A DNA stretch of 44,921 nt from Acidobacteria bacterium AH-259-G07 (GCA_027717925.1 JALLON010000001.1:1-44921); one strand, 5' to 3'. Shown: positions 35,909-44,090, counted from the first letter of the stretch. Notes: generated by a model from the letters alone, not told the origin. Numbers and translations are program-made.

Positions 35909-35962
35909 GTTTCACTGAGAGCTGAAATGCCTTACGGCAACGTTGCGAATTGATTCGATCTT

Positions 35963-37927
35963 CTATCTTTGATCCACGATCTTCAGGCCAAGCGCTTTCG
36001 CTTGCTCTAGATGTTTCTGCGCCCTGGCATCCATGCCCTTCTGTCGGTAGGCAAAGGCCAGAAGCAAGTGTGCTTCGGTGTTTTGCGGTTGGCGCTGGAG
36101 CACGCTCTGAAATTCCTCAATCCCAGCATCCAGGTGCCCCTCCGCCACAAGGACACGGCCAAAACCCAGTTTGGCTGCTATGAAGGCACCCAGATTTAAT
36201 GCTTCTTGATAATGCGACCTTGCACGATCCAGGTTTTTCTGCATCACATGCACATGTCCCAGACCGATATGACCCTGTGGATTGTCTGGCTGGAGTTGAA
36301 GCAAGCGCTCATAGCCTGTCACCGCTGCTTCAGTCATCCCCAACTGGAAGTAACTCATCGCCAGATAGTGAACGGCTCCGGGAGAGTCGGGAGACAGCTC
36401 CAGCGCTGCCTTAAACTCACCGACAGCGCTCATGAATTGAGAGGTCTGGTAGTAATTGAAACCCTGCAGATAACGGGCGGCGTAAATCTTGGGATCCTTC
36501 TTGATCACTTCTCTCAGTCTGCGAATGGATGAGCTGTAGTTCCTGTTCTCGCTCTCCAGCGTGGCTGTCCGAATGGAATTGAACAGCTCGATCTTGTCCT
36601 TCGGATCAGCGCGATCGCTGTCTTCATCTTGGCTTTTACCCGCTGATAGAGCCACGTATCCCAGGGACTGCAACCTTTGACGAGTCGCCTCATCGATGTC
36701 CGAAAACTCTTGCTCATGGCCCGTGGGATTCTTGAACTTGTTGGTCAGGCTTGCCAGGAGATTGTCATACTGTTTTCCAAGATCCGAAAGCCGGTTATAC
36801 AGATTCACCTCCTCGCCGGGATCTGCGCGCAAGTCATACAATTCTTGCCTAGGTACTCGAATGTACTTGTAGCGCTCATCCTGATAGCTGGTCACCGAGC
36901 TCCAGCCAAAGTGATAACGGGCATAGTAGGATTCACCATAGCTGTAAGTACCCCCACCAAGGCTCCCCCTTCTGATTAGACCGAGAAGACCGCGTCCCTG
37001 CATTTGATTTCCCCGCCTGCCTAGGGTCTGCAGAATGGTTGGCGCCAGGTCCAGTGACTGAACCAGCGTACCGATAACCACCCCTCCGGATGCATTACCA
37101 GGAAGCTTAATGATCAATGGGATGTGCAGAGTCGAATTGTATACAAAGAACCCGTGGGTCTCTTCTCCGTGTTCGCCCAGTCCCTCTCCATGATCGCTCA
37201 TCACAACGATTAAAGAAGAATCATAGAGATGGGTATCCTTGACGGCATCGATTAAGCGCCCCAGCTGTGCATCGGCAAAAGCGACCTCTCCGTCGTACAG
37301 CTTGTCTGAGAAACGACTTCGATAAGGTTCAGGTGGCTCATAGGGATCATGCGGGTCAAATAAGTGAACCCAGAGAAAGAATCGTTTAGATCTGTTCTGG
37401 CTTAGCCAATCGATCGCCAAATCGACTGTTTCGTCCCCTCTTCGTTCGACTGCGTTGAATCCGAAGTCGTCATGGTAAAGGTCAAAGCCCTGATCCAGGC
37501 CCCAATTGGAATCCAGAGCAAAAGAGCTGACAAAGGCAGCTGTTATGTAACCATTTCGCTTCAGTATCTCTGCCAGCGTCTCCCGGTCCTCTTTGAACTT
37601 GAAGAGGGAGAACTGCCCGCCAGCACTAGATCCGCCGAAGTCTCTTACCCCGTGGTACATGGGATAGGTGCCCGTCAGGATTGACGCGTGGGAGGGCAAG
37701 GTGATGGGAACCTGGACCATAGCGCGCGAGAAGCGAATTCCGTCCTGAGCCAGGGAATCCATCGCCGGTGTAATAGAGGCCGGATGGCGGCCAACCCGGT
37801 CGGCTCGAAGTGTGTCAATCGTCACAAGGAGTATGGAAGGTTCCGTACCGGACACAAGCGCACAGGACACAAGCGTGCCAAAAAAAAGCAACGCGATCAA
37901 TGGAAGAATCGTAAAAGACTTCATCAA
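35963..37927 (-). CDS. Sulfatase-superfamily (alkaline-phosphatase-like) hydrolase/transferase fused to C-terminal TPR repeats; possible lipoprotein
   Basis: N-terminal blocks ILLVTIDTLRADRVG, PITLPSHASILTGTYP and VVMSDHGEGLGEHGE fit PF00884-type enzymes. The last ~200 aa are TPR-like. The N-terminus LFFGTLVSCALVSG contains a lipobox-like LVSC. Confidence 0.65.
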   Translation of the reverse strand: MMKSFTILPLIALLFFGTLVSCALVSGTEPSILLVTIDTLRADRVGRHPASITPAMDSLAQDGIRFSRAMVQVPITLPSHASILTGTYPMYHGVRDFGGSSAGGQFSLFKFKEDRETLAEILKRNGYITAAFVSSFALDSNWGLDQGFDLYHDDFGFNAVERRGDETVDLAIDWLSQNRSKRFFLWVHLFDPHDPYEPPEPYRSRFSDKLYDGEVAFADAQLGRLIDAVKDTHLYDSSLIVVMSDHGEGLGEHGEETHGFFVYNSTLHIPLIIKLPGNASGGVVIGTLVQSLDLAPTILQTLGRRGNQMQGRGLLGLIRRGSLGGGTYSYGESYYARYHFGWSSVTSYQDERYKYIRVPRQELYDLRADPGEEVNLYNRLSDLGKQYDNLLASLTNKFKNPTGHEQEFSDIDEATRQRLQSLGYVALSAGKSQDEDSDRADPKDKIELFNSIRTATLESENRNYSSSIRRLREVIKKDPKIYAARYLQGFNYYQTSQFMSAVGEFKAALELSPDSPGAVHYLAMSYFQLGMTEAAVTGYERLLQLQPDNPQGHIGLGHVHVMQKNLDRARSHYQEALNLGAFIAAKLGFGRVLVAEGHLDAGIEEFQSVLQRQPQNTEAHLLLAFAYRQKGMDARAQKHLEQAKALGLKIVDQR

Positions 37928-38197
37928 CGCAATCCATTATAACCTGACACCAGATTAGAGGTCACCTCTTGCTTTACCTTGCCCATGGTTGGTAGTAGGA
38001 GAATGAGGTTTCCAGCACTTTCCCTCAGCATTTTCTTATTGTCCAGCTACCCTCTTCTCTCCAAGGACCGCACGCCGGGCGCATACAGGCCACGTCGAAG
38101 CTTGACCAGGTCTGGTACGAAGGTGTAGTTTACACGATTAAAAAATGGGATTGCGTGCGGAGTTTTCTGCAAAAATCGTGCTGCTCGGTTTATGTAG

Positions 38198-38218
38198 GGG
38201 TCAGCCGGTGGCTGACCC
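38198..38218. repeat. Perfect inverted repeat GGGTCAGCC-GGT-GGCTGACCC upstream of the PL10-cupin gene
   Basis: Read directly from the sequence. A 9-bp stem with a 3-nt loop, 57 nt upstream of the ATG at 38275. No flanking T-run on either strand. Confidence 0.8.
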
Positions 38219-38274
38219 GAGCAAAGCATGCCAAGCCGATCTTTGGATGACTTCCAAGTGAGGGAGATTTGACC

Positions 38275-40203
38275 ATGAATTACCGTATTTTTTTCCGTCC
38301 TGGCCCCAGATTCCATCTGCCTTTGCCCGCTGTTTGGTCCTTTTTGATTTCAACCGTGTATTGCTTCTCGATTCCTGTTTGCGCGTCGGTCTGTCTACCG
38401 GCCGCCCCAGGGGAAAGGGAAGTTCTGGCGGCCATGAGAAAGGCGACCGACTTCATGATGAACCGGGTGTCGAGCCGGGGCGGATTTGTGTGGCATTACT
38501 CGGAGGATTTTTCCAGACAATGGGGCGAGGTACCGGCCCGGAAATCGCAGGTCTGGGTCCAGCCTCCCGGGAGCACACCCTCTGTGGGGATGATGCTCTT
38601 GGAAGCGTACGAAGTTAGAGGGGATGCCCAGTATTTGAAATATGCCGACAAGGTTGCGGGAGCTCTGATCTGGGGCCAACTGCCATCCGGAGGGTGGCAT
38701 TATTTCATCGACTTTGATGCGGCGGGAGTTCAGAAATGGTATCGGGAGGTGGCCTCCCAGTGCCGGGGCTGGGAGGAGTTTTACCATTACAACGGCAACG
38801 CCACTTACGATGATGACACCACGGCCAGCGCCACCCGCTTGTTGCTTCGGCTTTACGCCAGGACACTGGATCCCAAGTACCGGCCCTCGCTGCTGAAGGC
38901 GCTGGATTTCATACTGGAGTCGCAGTATCCGAACGGGGCCTGGCCGCAGCGCTATCCCCTGCGCTACGATTTTCCTCACGACGGGCACGCCGACTACACA
39001 TCTTTTTACACCTTCAACGACGGCGTGATCTCCAACAACATCGAGCTTCTTTTGGAAGCTTACGAGAAACTGGGGAACGAAGAGTATCGGAAGGCGGCTT
39101 ACCGCGGGATGGACTTTTACATTCTTTCGCAGCTTCCGTCTCCACAGGCCGGTTGGGCCCAGCAGTACGACATGGACCTGAGACCGGCCTCGGCGCGCTC
39201 CTACGAGCCGGCTGCACTGAACACATATCAGACAATGCGCAATATCAAAGACCTCGAGAACTTTTACCTGATTACGCGAGATCGGCGCTATCTGGAGCCA
39301 ATCCCGAAAGCCCTGCAGTGGCTCGAAGCATCTGTCATTAACACTGACCGGTCCCGTAACTTCACCCATGCGATCTATTATGAAATCGAAACGAACAAGC
39401 CTCTGTATCCCCACCACGAGCATCGTCGGAATTCGGAAGGAAAGTTGCAGATCGTCCGTTTCTGGGTGGATGGTCAATACACAGATGAACGGCCTTACAG
39501 CGCGCTGCCGCAAGTGGATCTTCAGGCGCTTCGGAGAGAGTTTGAACACGTTAGCGCTCTGACGCCTGAGGAAGCAGCCGCGGAGTACGGTCGAAGAAAG
39601 AAGGCTGACCCGACAGTTTCCACCACTGCCGAGGAGGTCAAGGAAATTCTCTCATCCCTGGACAGCCGCGGAGCCTGGGTCACCGATATTGAGTTCTTAG
39701 ACACTCTTGATTATGTCGATAATCCGCGCACCAGGTTTCGGGGCATTGACACCCGCACGTATGTTTCTAATATGCGGAAATTGGTCGCCTACCTTAGAGC
39801 AAGAGAGGATCAAGCCTTGAAGAGTGAGGGTCCTCAGGCCCGTTTGACCTTCATTGATCTTGCTGAAATCCCTATCAACGAACTGCTCCCAGGGGTGCGA
39901 ACGCGCACCCCGTACGGTGAAAACCTGATGTTCTCCTACGTAGAAATGGACGCGGGAACCGAGGTTCCTACCCATAGTCATCCTCACGAGCAGGGCGGTA
40001 TCTTGCTGGAAGGTCGTATTGAAATGACGATCGGTTTGCAAACCAGGGTGCTAGAACCCGGGGTGCTTTACCTGATTCCGCCCAACGTTCCGCACGCAGT
40101 ACTGACCGTTGGAGGGCCAGCCAAGATCCTTGACGTCTTCAGTCCAATAAGAGAGGACTATGCAAAGTTGGTGAACGAGTACATCAAGCAAGAAGACAGA
40201 TGA
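38275..40203 (+). CDS. PL10-like lyase paralogue fused to a C-terminal KdgF-like cupin domain (first of the tandem trio)
   Basis: The ATG at 38275 is preceded by GAGGGAG (8-nt spacer); the ORF-track TTG is at 38269. It carries the same PL10-type motifs as 2757..4304 (NATYDDDTTASATRLLLRLY, ESQYPNGAWPQRYPL, YTFNDGVISNN, GWAQQYDMDLRPASARSYEP). It has very high amino-acid identity to the third copy across the catalytic region, read by eye. It extends ~120 aa beyond the point where the other copies stop. Confidence 0.65.
   Translation: MNYRIFFRPGPRFHLPLPAVWSFLISTVYCFSIPVCASVCLPAAPGEREVLAAMRKATDFMMNRVSSRGGFVWHYSEDFSRQWGEVPARKSQVWVQPPGSTPSVGMMLLEAYEVRGDAQYLKYADKVAGALIWGQLPSGGWHYFIDFDAAGVQKWYREVASQCRGWEEFYHYNGNATYDDDTTASATRLLLRLYARTLDPKYRPSLLKALDFILESQYPNGAWPQRYPLRYDFPHDGHADYTSFYTFNDGVISNNIELLLEAYEKLGNEEYRKAAYRGMDFYILSQLPSPQAGWAQQYDMDLRPASARSYEPAALNTYQTMRNIKDLENFYLITRDRRYLEPIPKALQWLEASVINTDRSRNFTHAIYYEIETNKPLYPHHEHRRNSEGKLQIVRFWVDGQYTDERPYSALPQVDLQALRREFEHVSALTPEEAAAEYGRRKKADPTVSTTAEEVKEILSSLDSRGAWVTDIEFLDTLDYVDNPRTRFRGIDTRTYVSNMRKLVAYLRAREDQALKSEGPQARLTFIDLAEIPINELLPGVRTRTPYGENLMFSYVEMDAGTEVPTHSHPHEQGGILLEGRIEMTIGLQTRVLEPGVLYLIPPNVPHAVLTVGGPAKILDVFSPIREDYAKLVNEYIKQEDR
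39841..40200 (+). other. Single-barrel cupin domain (KdgF-like) forming the C-terminal extension of the 38275 gene
   Basis: RLTFIDLAEIPINELLPGVRTRTPYGENLMFSYVEMDAGTEVPTHSHPHEQGGILLEGRIEMTIGLQTRVLEPGVLYLIPPNVPHAVLTVGGPAKILDVFSPIREDYAKL. Both cupin metal motifs are present (HxHxxxQ/E and PxxxPH). The D.FSP.R.DY tail resembles small KdgF-type cupins. Confidence 0.65.
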
Positions 40204-40249
40204 CGCTTCAAATGACCTCTTCCTCTGCGCCCTCCCAAGAGGTATTCTG

Positions 40250-41905
40250 ATGAAGAGGAATGAACTTATTCTCCAGCTTAACCATTCCTTTGCCTTGTAC
40301 AGAAACGCTGTGACCTTCCGTCTACTAAGACCACTTTTTGTTCTGACGGTCTTGTTTTTGAACTTTCATTGGACGGCGTCAGGCGCACCGCCCACGAAAA
40401 CGGAAGTTCTAGCCGCCATGAGAAAAGCGACCGATTTTATGATGAACAGGGTCTCGAACCGCGGGGGATTTCTGTGGCATTACTCCGAGGACCTCTCTCA
40501 GGGGTGGGGTGAAGTCCCAGCGCGCAAGTCCCAAATCTGGGTACAACCTCCCAGCACTCCCACCGTGGGCAGGATGCTTTTGGCTGCTTATGAAGCTACC
40601 GGTGATCGCCAGTACCTGGAACACGCCGAGAAAGTGGCTGGCGCTCTCATCTGGGGACAACACCCTTCGGGAGGATGGCACTATTTCATCGATTTTGACA
40701 TGTCCGGGGTTCGTCACTGGTATCGCGAGGAGGCCTCCCGGTGGCGGGGATGGGAGGAATTCTACCACTACTACGGCAACTGTACGTATGATGATGACAC
40801 CACCACCAGCCCCACTCAGTTTCTCCTTGAGCTTTATATAACGACACTGGATCCAAAGTATAGGAAGCCGCTGTTCAAAGCCCTGGGTTTTATCCTCCAA
40901 TCGCAGTATCCCAATGGTTCCTGGCCGCAGCGCTACCCCCTGAGCCGCGAGTTTCCGTTCGAAGGCCGGCCCGATTACACTTCGTACTACACCTTTAATG
41001 ACGATGTGACCTCTAATAATATCTATCTTCTCCTGAAAGCCTACGAGAAATTGGGAGACGAAAAGTACCTGAAAGCTGCTCGCAGAGGAATGGACTTTTA
41101 CATTCTTTCGCAGTTGCCCAGTCCTCAGGCGGGATGGGCAACACAGTATGACATGGATATGAAACCAGCCTGGGGCCGTAGTTATGAACCTGCCGCTGTC
41201 TGTTTGGATCAAACAATCGGGAATATTGAGGACCTTGAAAACTTCTATCGAATCACTGGCGATAAAAGATATCTTGAACCCATTTCGAGAGCCATTGAGT
41301 GGCTCGAGTATTCAGTTATCAACACTGATCCTTCCAAGGATTTCACGCACGCAAATTTTTGTGAAGTGGGAACCAACAAGCCGCTGGTTATTCATCATGA
41401 ACATCGAAGGCGCCCAGACGGGAAACTGGGAATTGTCCGGTATTGGGTTGATTCCGAGCTAGGAGAGGAGGCTGCTATTGAAAGAGAGATGCCCGTAAGT
41501 GCAAGCGAAAGGGCGACCGGATACCACTTAGGAATTGAATTCCAAGATTCTCACTTCAAAACCTTTTCACCCAGCAGAATAGATATCGAGGCTATGAAAA
41601 AGCGGTTGAAAGAATATCTCACCGTGCCTTTTGCCGAAATTCGCACCAGGCACGGGAAGGGAATCGAGAGACCGATGCGATTCTCCGACCGGCGAGCCAA
41701 AGCGAGGGCGGATTCTGAAGGACTGCAGGAACTCATCTCGTCGATGGACGCGCGAGGCGCTTGGCTTACAGAGATCGAGTTCCTGGACAAGTTTGATTTC
41801 ACGCATAACCCGCCGACACGGTTTCGGGGAATCGATACGGGTACCTATGTGTCGAATATGTACAAGCTGATTAATTTTTTGAAATCAAACTCAGAGAAAA
41901 AGTAA
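40250..41905 (+). CDS. PL10-like lyase paralogue (second of the tandem trio), exported
   Basis: Same motif set (NCTYDDDTTTSPTQFLLELY, QSQYPNGSWPQRYPL, YTFNDDVTSNN, GWATQYDMDMKPAWGRSYEP). Hydrophobic N-terminal segment LRPLFVLTVLFLNFHWTASGA. Carries the shared C-terminal module GAWLTEIEFLDKFDFTHNPPTRFRGIDTGTYVSNMYKLINFL. Confidence 0.65.
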   Translation: MKRNELILQLNHSFALYRNAVTFRLLRPLFVLTVLFLNFHWTASGAPPTKTEVLAAMRKATDFMMNRVSNRGGFLWHYSEDLSQGWGEVPARKSQIWVQPPSTPTVGRMLLAAYEATGDRQYLEHAEKVAGALIWGQHPSGGWHYFIDFDMSGVRHWYREEASRWRGWEEFYHYYGNCTYDDDTTTSPTQFLLELYITTLDPKYRKPLFKALGFILQSQYPNGSWPQRYPLSREFPFEGRPDYTSYYTFNDDVTSNNIYLLLKAYEKLGDEKYLKAARRGMDFYILSQLPSPQAGWATQYDMDMKPAWGRSYEPAAVCLDQTIGNIEDLENFYRITGDKRYLEPISRAIEWLEYSVINTDPSKDFTHANFCEVGTNKPLVIHHEHRRRPDGKLGIVRYWVDSELGEEAAIEREMPVSASERATGYHLGIEFQDSHFKTFSPSRIDIEAMKKRLKEYLTVPFAEIRTRHGKGIERPMRFSDRRAKARADSEGLQELISSMDARGAWLTEIEFLDKFDFTHNPPTRFRGIDTGTYVSNMYKLINFLKSNSEKK

Positions 41906-41970
41906 CGTCATCGAGGCAAGTTAAGCTTTTACTTTTGTCCATTATAAGTTGGTCCATCCCTCAGATTGGC

Positions 41971-43452
41971 ATGTCTCTTCTAGTTGAGAGGATTTTTTTA
42001 ATTTGCACGGTCTTTCTCTTTCTGAGTTTCATGCCTGTGGGCTTTGGGGCAGCACCGACGGAGAAAGAAGTTCTCGAAGCCATGAAAAGGGCGACCGATT
42101 TCATGATGAATACCGTCTCCAACCGGGGAGGATTTCTGTGGCACTACTCCGAAGACTTTTCCAAACAATGGGGGGAGGTTCCGGCGCGCAAATCCCAAAT
42201 CTGGGTCCAACCTCCTGGTAGCACACCCTCAGTGGGGATAATGCTCCTGGAAGCCTATGAAGTCACCGGGGATCTCCAGTACCTGAGATATGCCGAAAAA
42301 GTAGCGGGAGCCCTCATCTGGGGTCAGCTTCCTTCGGGAGGATGGCACTATTTCATTGACTTTGATACGGCGGGAGTTGAGAAATGGTATGAGGAGGTAG
42401 CCTCCCAGTGCCGGGGTTGGGAGGAGTTTTACCATTACTACGGCAACGCCACCTACGATGATGACACGACGACCAGTGCCACCCGCTTTTTGCTTGGACT
42501 TTACGCGAGAACTTTAGATCCCCAATATCGGCCGTTTCTTTTGAAGGCGCTGGCTTTCATTCTGGAGTCGCAGTATCCGAACGGTGCCTGGCCCCAGCGC
42601 TATCCCCTGCGCTACGATTTTCCCCACGACGGCCATGCCGATTATACGTCCTTTTACACGTTCAATGACGGGGTGATCTCGAACAATATTGATCTTCTTC
42701 TGGAAGCGTACGAGAAACTGGGGGACGAAGGGTACAGGAAGGCGGCTTACCGGGGGATGGACTTTTACATTCTATCGCAGCTGCCGACTCCTCAGGCGGG
42801 ATGGGCTCAGCAGTATGACATGGACATGAAACCGGCCTGGGCGCGTTCTTACGAGCCAGCTGCACTGAACACGCATCAGACCGCGCGGAACATAAAAGGC
42901 CTTGAGAACTTCTACCTGATTACGGGAGATCGCCGCTATCTGGAACCGATCCCGAAAGCTCTTCAATGGCTTGAAGCGTCTGTGATTAACATGGATCCTA
43001 CAAAGCAATTCACACATGCGACTTTTTATGAAGTACAAACCAACAGACCGCTTTACGCCCATCACGAAGTACGGGACGGAAAAATTGTCAGCTATCGAGT
43101 CGATTACGAGGAATTCGATTTACCATATTACGGCGGACGCCGGAATATAGAAATCATCGCGCTCAAGAAAGAATTCCAAACGGTTAGCGCCTTAGAACCT
43201 GAAGAAGCCAGGGCTGATTACCGCAAGCGAAGGCAATCGGCGCAAGCCGTTCTCAAAGTGGAGCCCCTAGAGGTGGAGAAGCTCATTGGCTCGACGGACA
43301 AAAGAGGCGCATGGGTCACAGAAATCAAGTTCCTTGACACGGACAATTACGCGGATAATCCTCAGATAGAATTTCGTGGGATCGATACCCAAACCTACAT
43401 TTCCAATATGTATGCACTGATCAATTTCTTGAAAACATCTAAAGAGAGATAG
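41971..43452 (+). CDS. PL10-like lyase paralogue (third of the tandem trio), exported
   Basis: The ORF-track TTG is at 41935. The ATG at 41971 gives a conventional signal peptide, MSLLVERIFLICTVFLFLSFMPVGFGA. Motifs NATYDDDTTTSATRFLLGLY, ESQYPNGAWPQRYPL, YTFNDGVISNN, GWAQQYDMDMKPAWARSYEP. Stretches of its nucleotide sequence align to the first tandem copy with few mismatches. Confidence 0.65.
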   Translation: MSLLVERIFLICTVFLFLSFMPVGFGAAPTEKEVLEAMKRATDFMMNTVSNRGGFLWHYSEDFSKQWGEVPARKSQIWVQPPGSTPSVGIMLLEAYEVTGDLQYLRYAEKVAGALIWGQLPSGGWHYFIDFDTAGVEKWYEEVASQCRGWEEFYHYYGNATYDDDTTTSATRFLLGLYARTLDPQYRPFLLKALAFILESQYPNGAWPQRYPLRYDFPHDGHADYTSFYTFNDGVISNNIDLLLEAYEKLGDEGYRKAAYRGMDFYILSQLPTPQAGWAQQYDMDMKPAWARSYEPAALNTHQTARNIKGLENFYLITGDRRYLEPIPKALQWLEASVINMDPTKQFTHATFYEVQTNRPLYAHHEVRDGKIVSYRVDYEEFDLPYYGGRRNIEIIALKKEFQTVSALEPEEARADYRKRRQSAQAVLKVEPLEVEKLIGSTDKRGAWVTEIKFLDTDNYADNPQIEFRGIDTQTYISNMYALINFLKTSKER

Positions 43453-43479
43453 AAGAATCACGGCTCTCGGACGAATCAT

Positions 43480-44090
43480 GTGAAAAAGATTTATTTGATT
43501 GGGGCTTTCTTCCTGACTTGTTGCTCAACTGGTTTTCTTTTGCAACATCCACTGATGCGAATCTTGCGCGGGTTATGCCCAAGAAATTGGAGCGACCTTA
43601 TCTCCATTTTACAAGTGAAGACATCCGGGCCATGAGAGAGAGACTTCTCGTCGAGGCGAACCGGCTCTTGGATATGCCGGTGTCCCGGGAAGTGCCGGCC
43701 AGATACGTGGGACCCAGCCCCTACTATGAAGGTTGGCGTGATGCTTACGAGCTCTACTTTCGGGCCCTGGGTAGAAACTGCTACAACCTTGCATTTATTT
43801 ATCAGATGACCGGAGATGAGAAGTACGCTCAGAAAGCGTACGAGTTCGCCGAGGCTCTCAGTGTGCTGGACAGCTGGGTTTACACGGGTGAGAAGTTTGC
43901 AGCGCTCTACTGGATGGGCAAGCCCTATGGAGTTAAATGGAATAAAGAGGAGGACAACGAGATCGTCTATTCGTACGATCTGAGTGCGTCTCGTCTCGGA
44001 TTGCCCGTCCGTGGAGGACCTTTATTTGGACCTCATGGTGAACTGGCTGTTTTTGAGTTGGGGCCGAACGCCTTGAGGTGATTCGTCTGA
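43480..44090 (+). pseudogene. 5' relic of a heparinase II/III-like paralogue (frameshifted signal peptide, internal deletion, truncated after ~200 codons)
   Basis: ORF 43518..44081 aligns with residues ~35-195 of the intact gene at 13813..15942 (MPKKLERPYLHFTSEDIRAMRERL / LLDMPVSREVP / LAFIYQMTGDEKYAQKAYEFAEALSVLDSWV / YWMGKPYGVKWNKEEDNEIVYSYDL). It lacks the ~18 aa VRTDPRAEVVYQRLLKEC. A signal-peptide-like reading (V)KKIYLIGAFFLTCCSTGF starts at the GTG at 43480 in another frame, which implies a frameshift near 43531-43542. Similarity fades after YSYDLSAS. Confidence 0.75.

Noticed and set aside
38047-38316. 89-aa minus-strand ORF spanning the promoter region and start of the PL10-cupin gene.
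   Set aside because: It overlaps the start and RBS of a well-supported gene and the inverted repeat. It has no motif or RBS, and its composition is typical of a chance ORF.
38395-39549. Long antisense ORFs opposite real genes: 384 aa here, plus 40409..41212, 8871..9689, 34808..35458, 33326..33880, 12996..13577, 15247..15834, 14976..15521, 6530..6973 and 7529..8041.
   Set aside because: Each lies entirely inside, and antisense to, a gene with strong family motifs. Their products are Arg/Pro/Gly/Val-rich and of low complexity, with no recognisable motif, no RBS and no signal. The antisense ORFs recur in all PL10 paralogues simply because the sense codon bias leaves the opposite frame free of stops.
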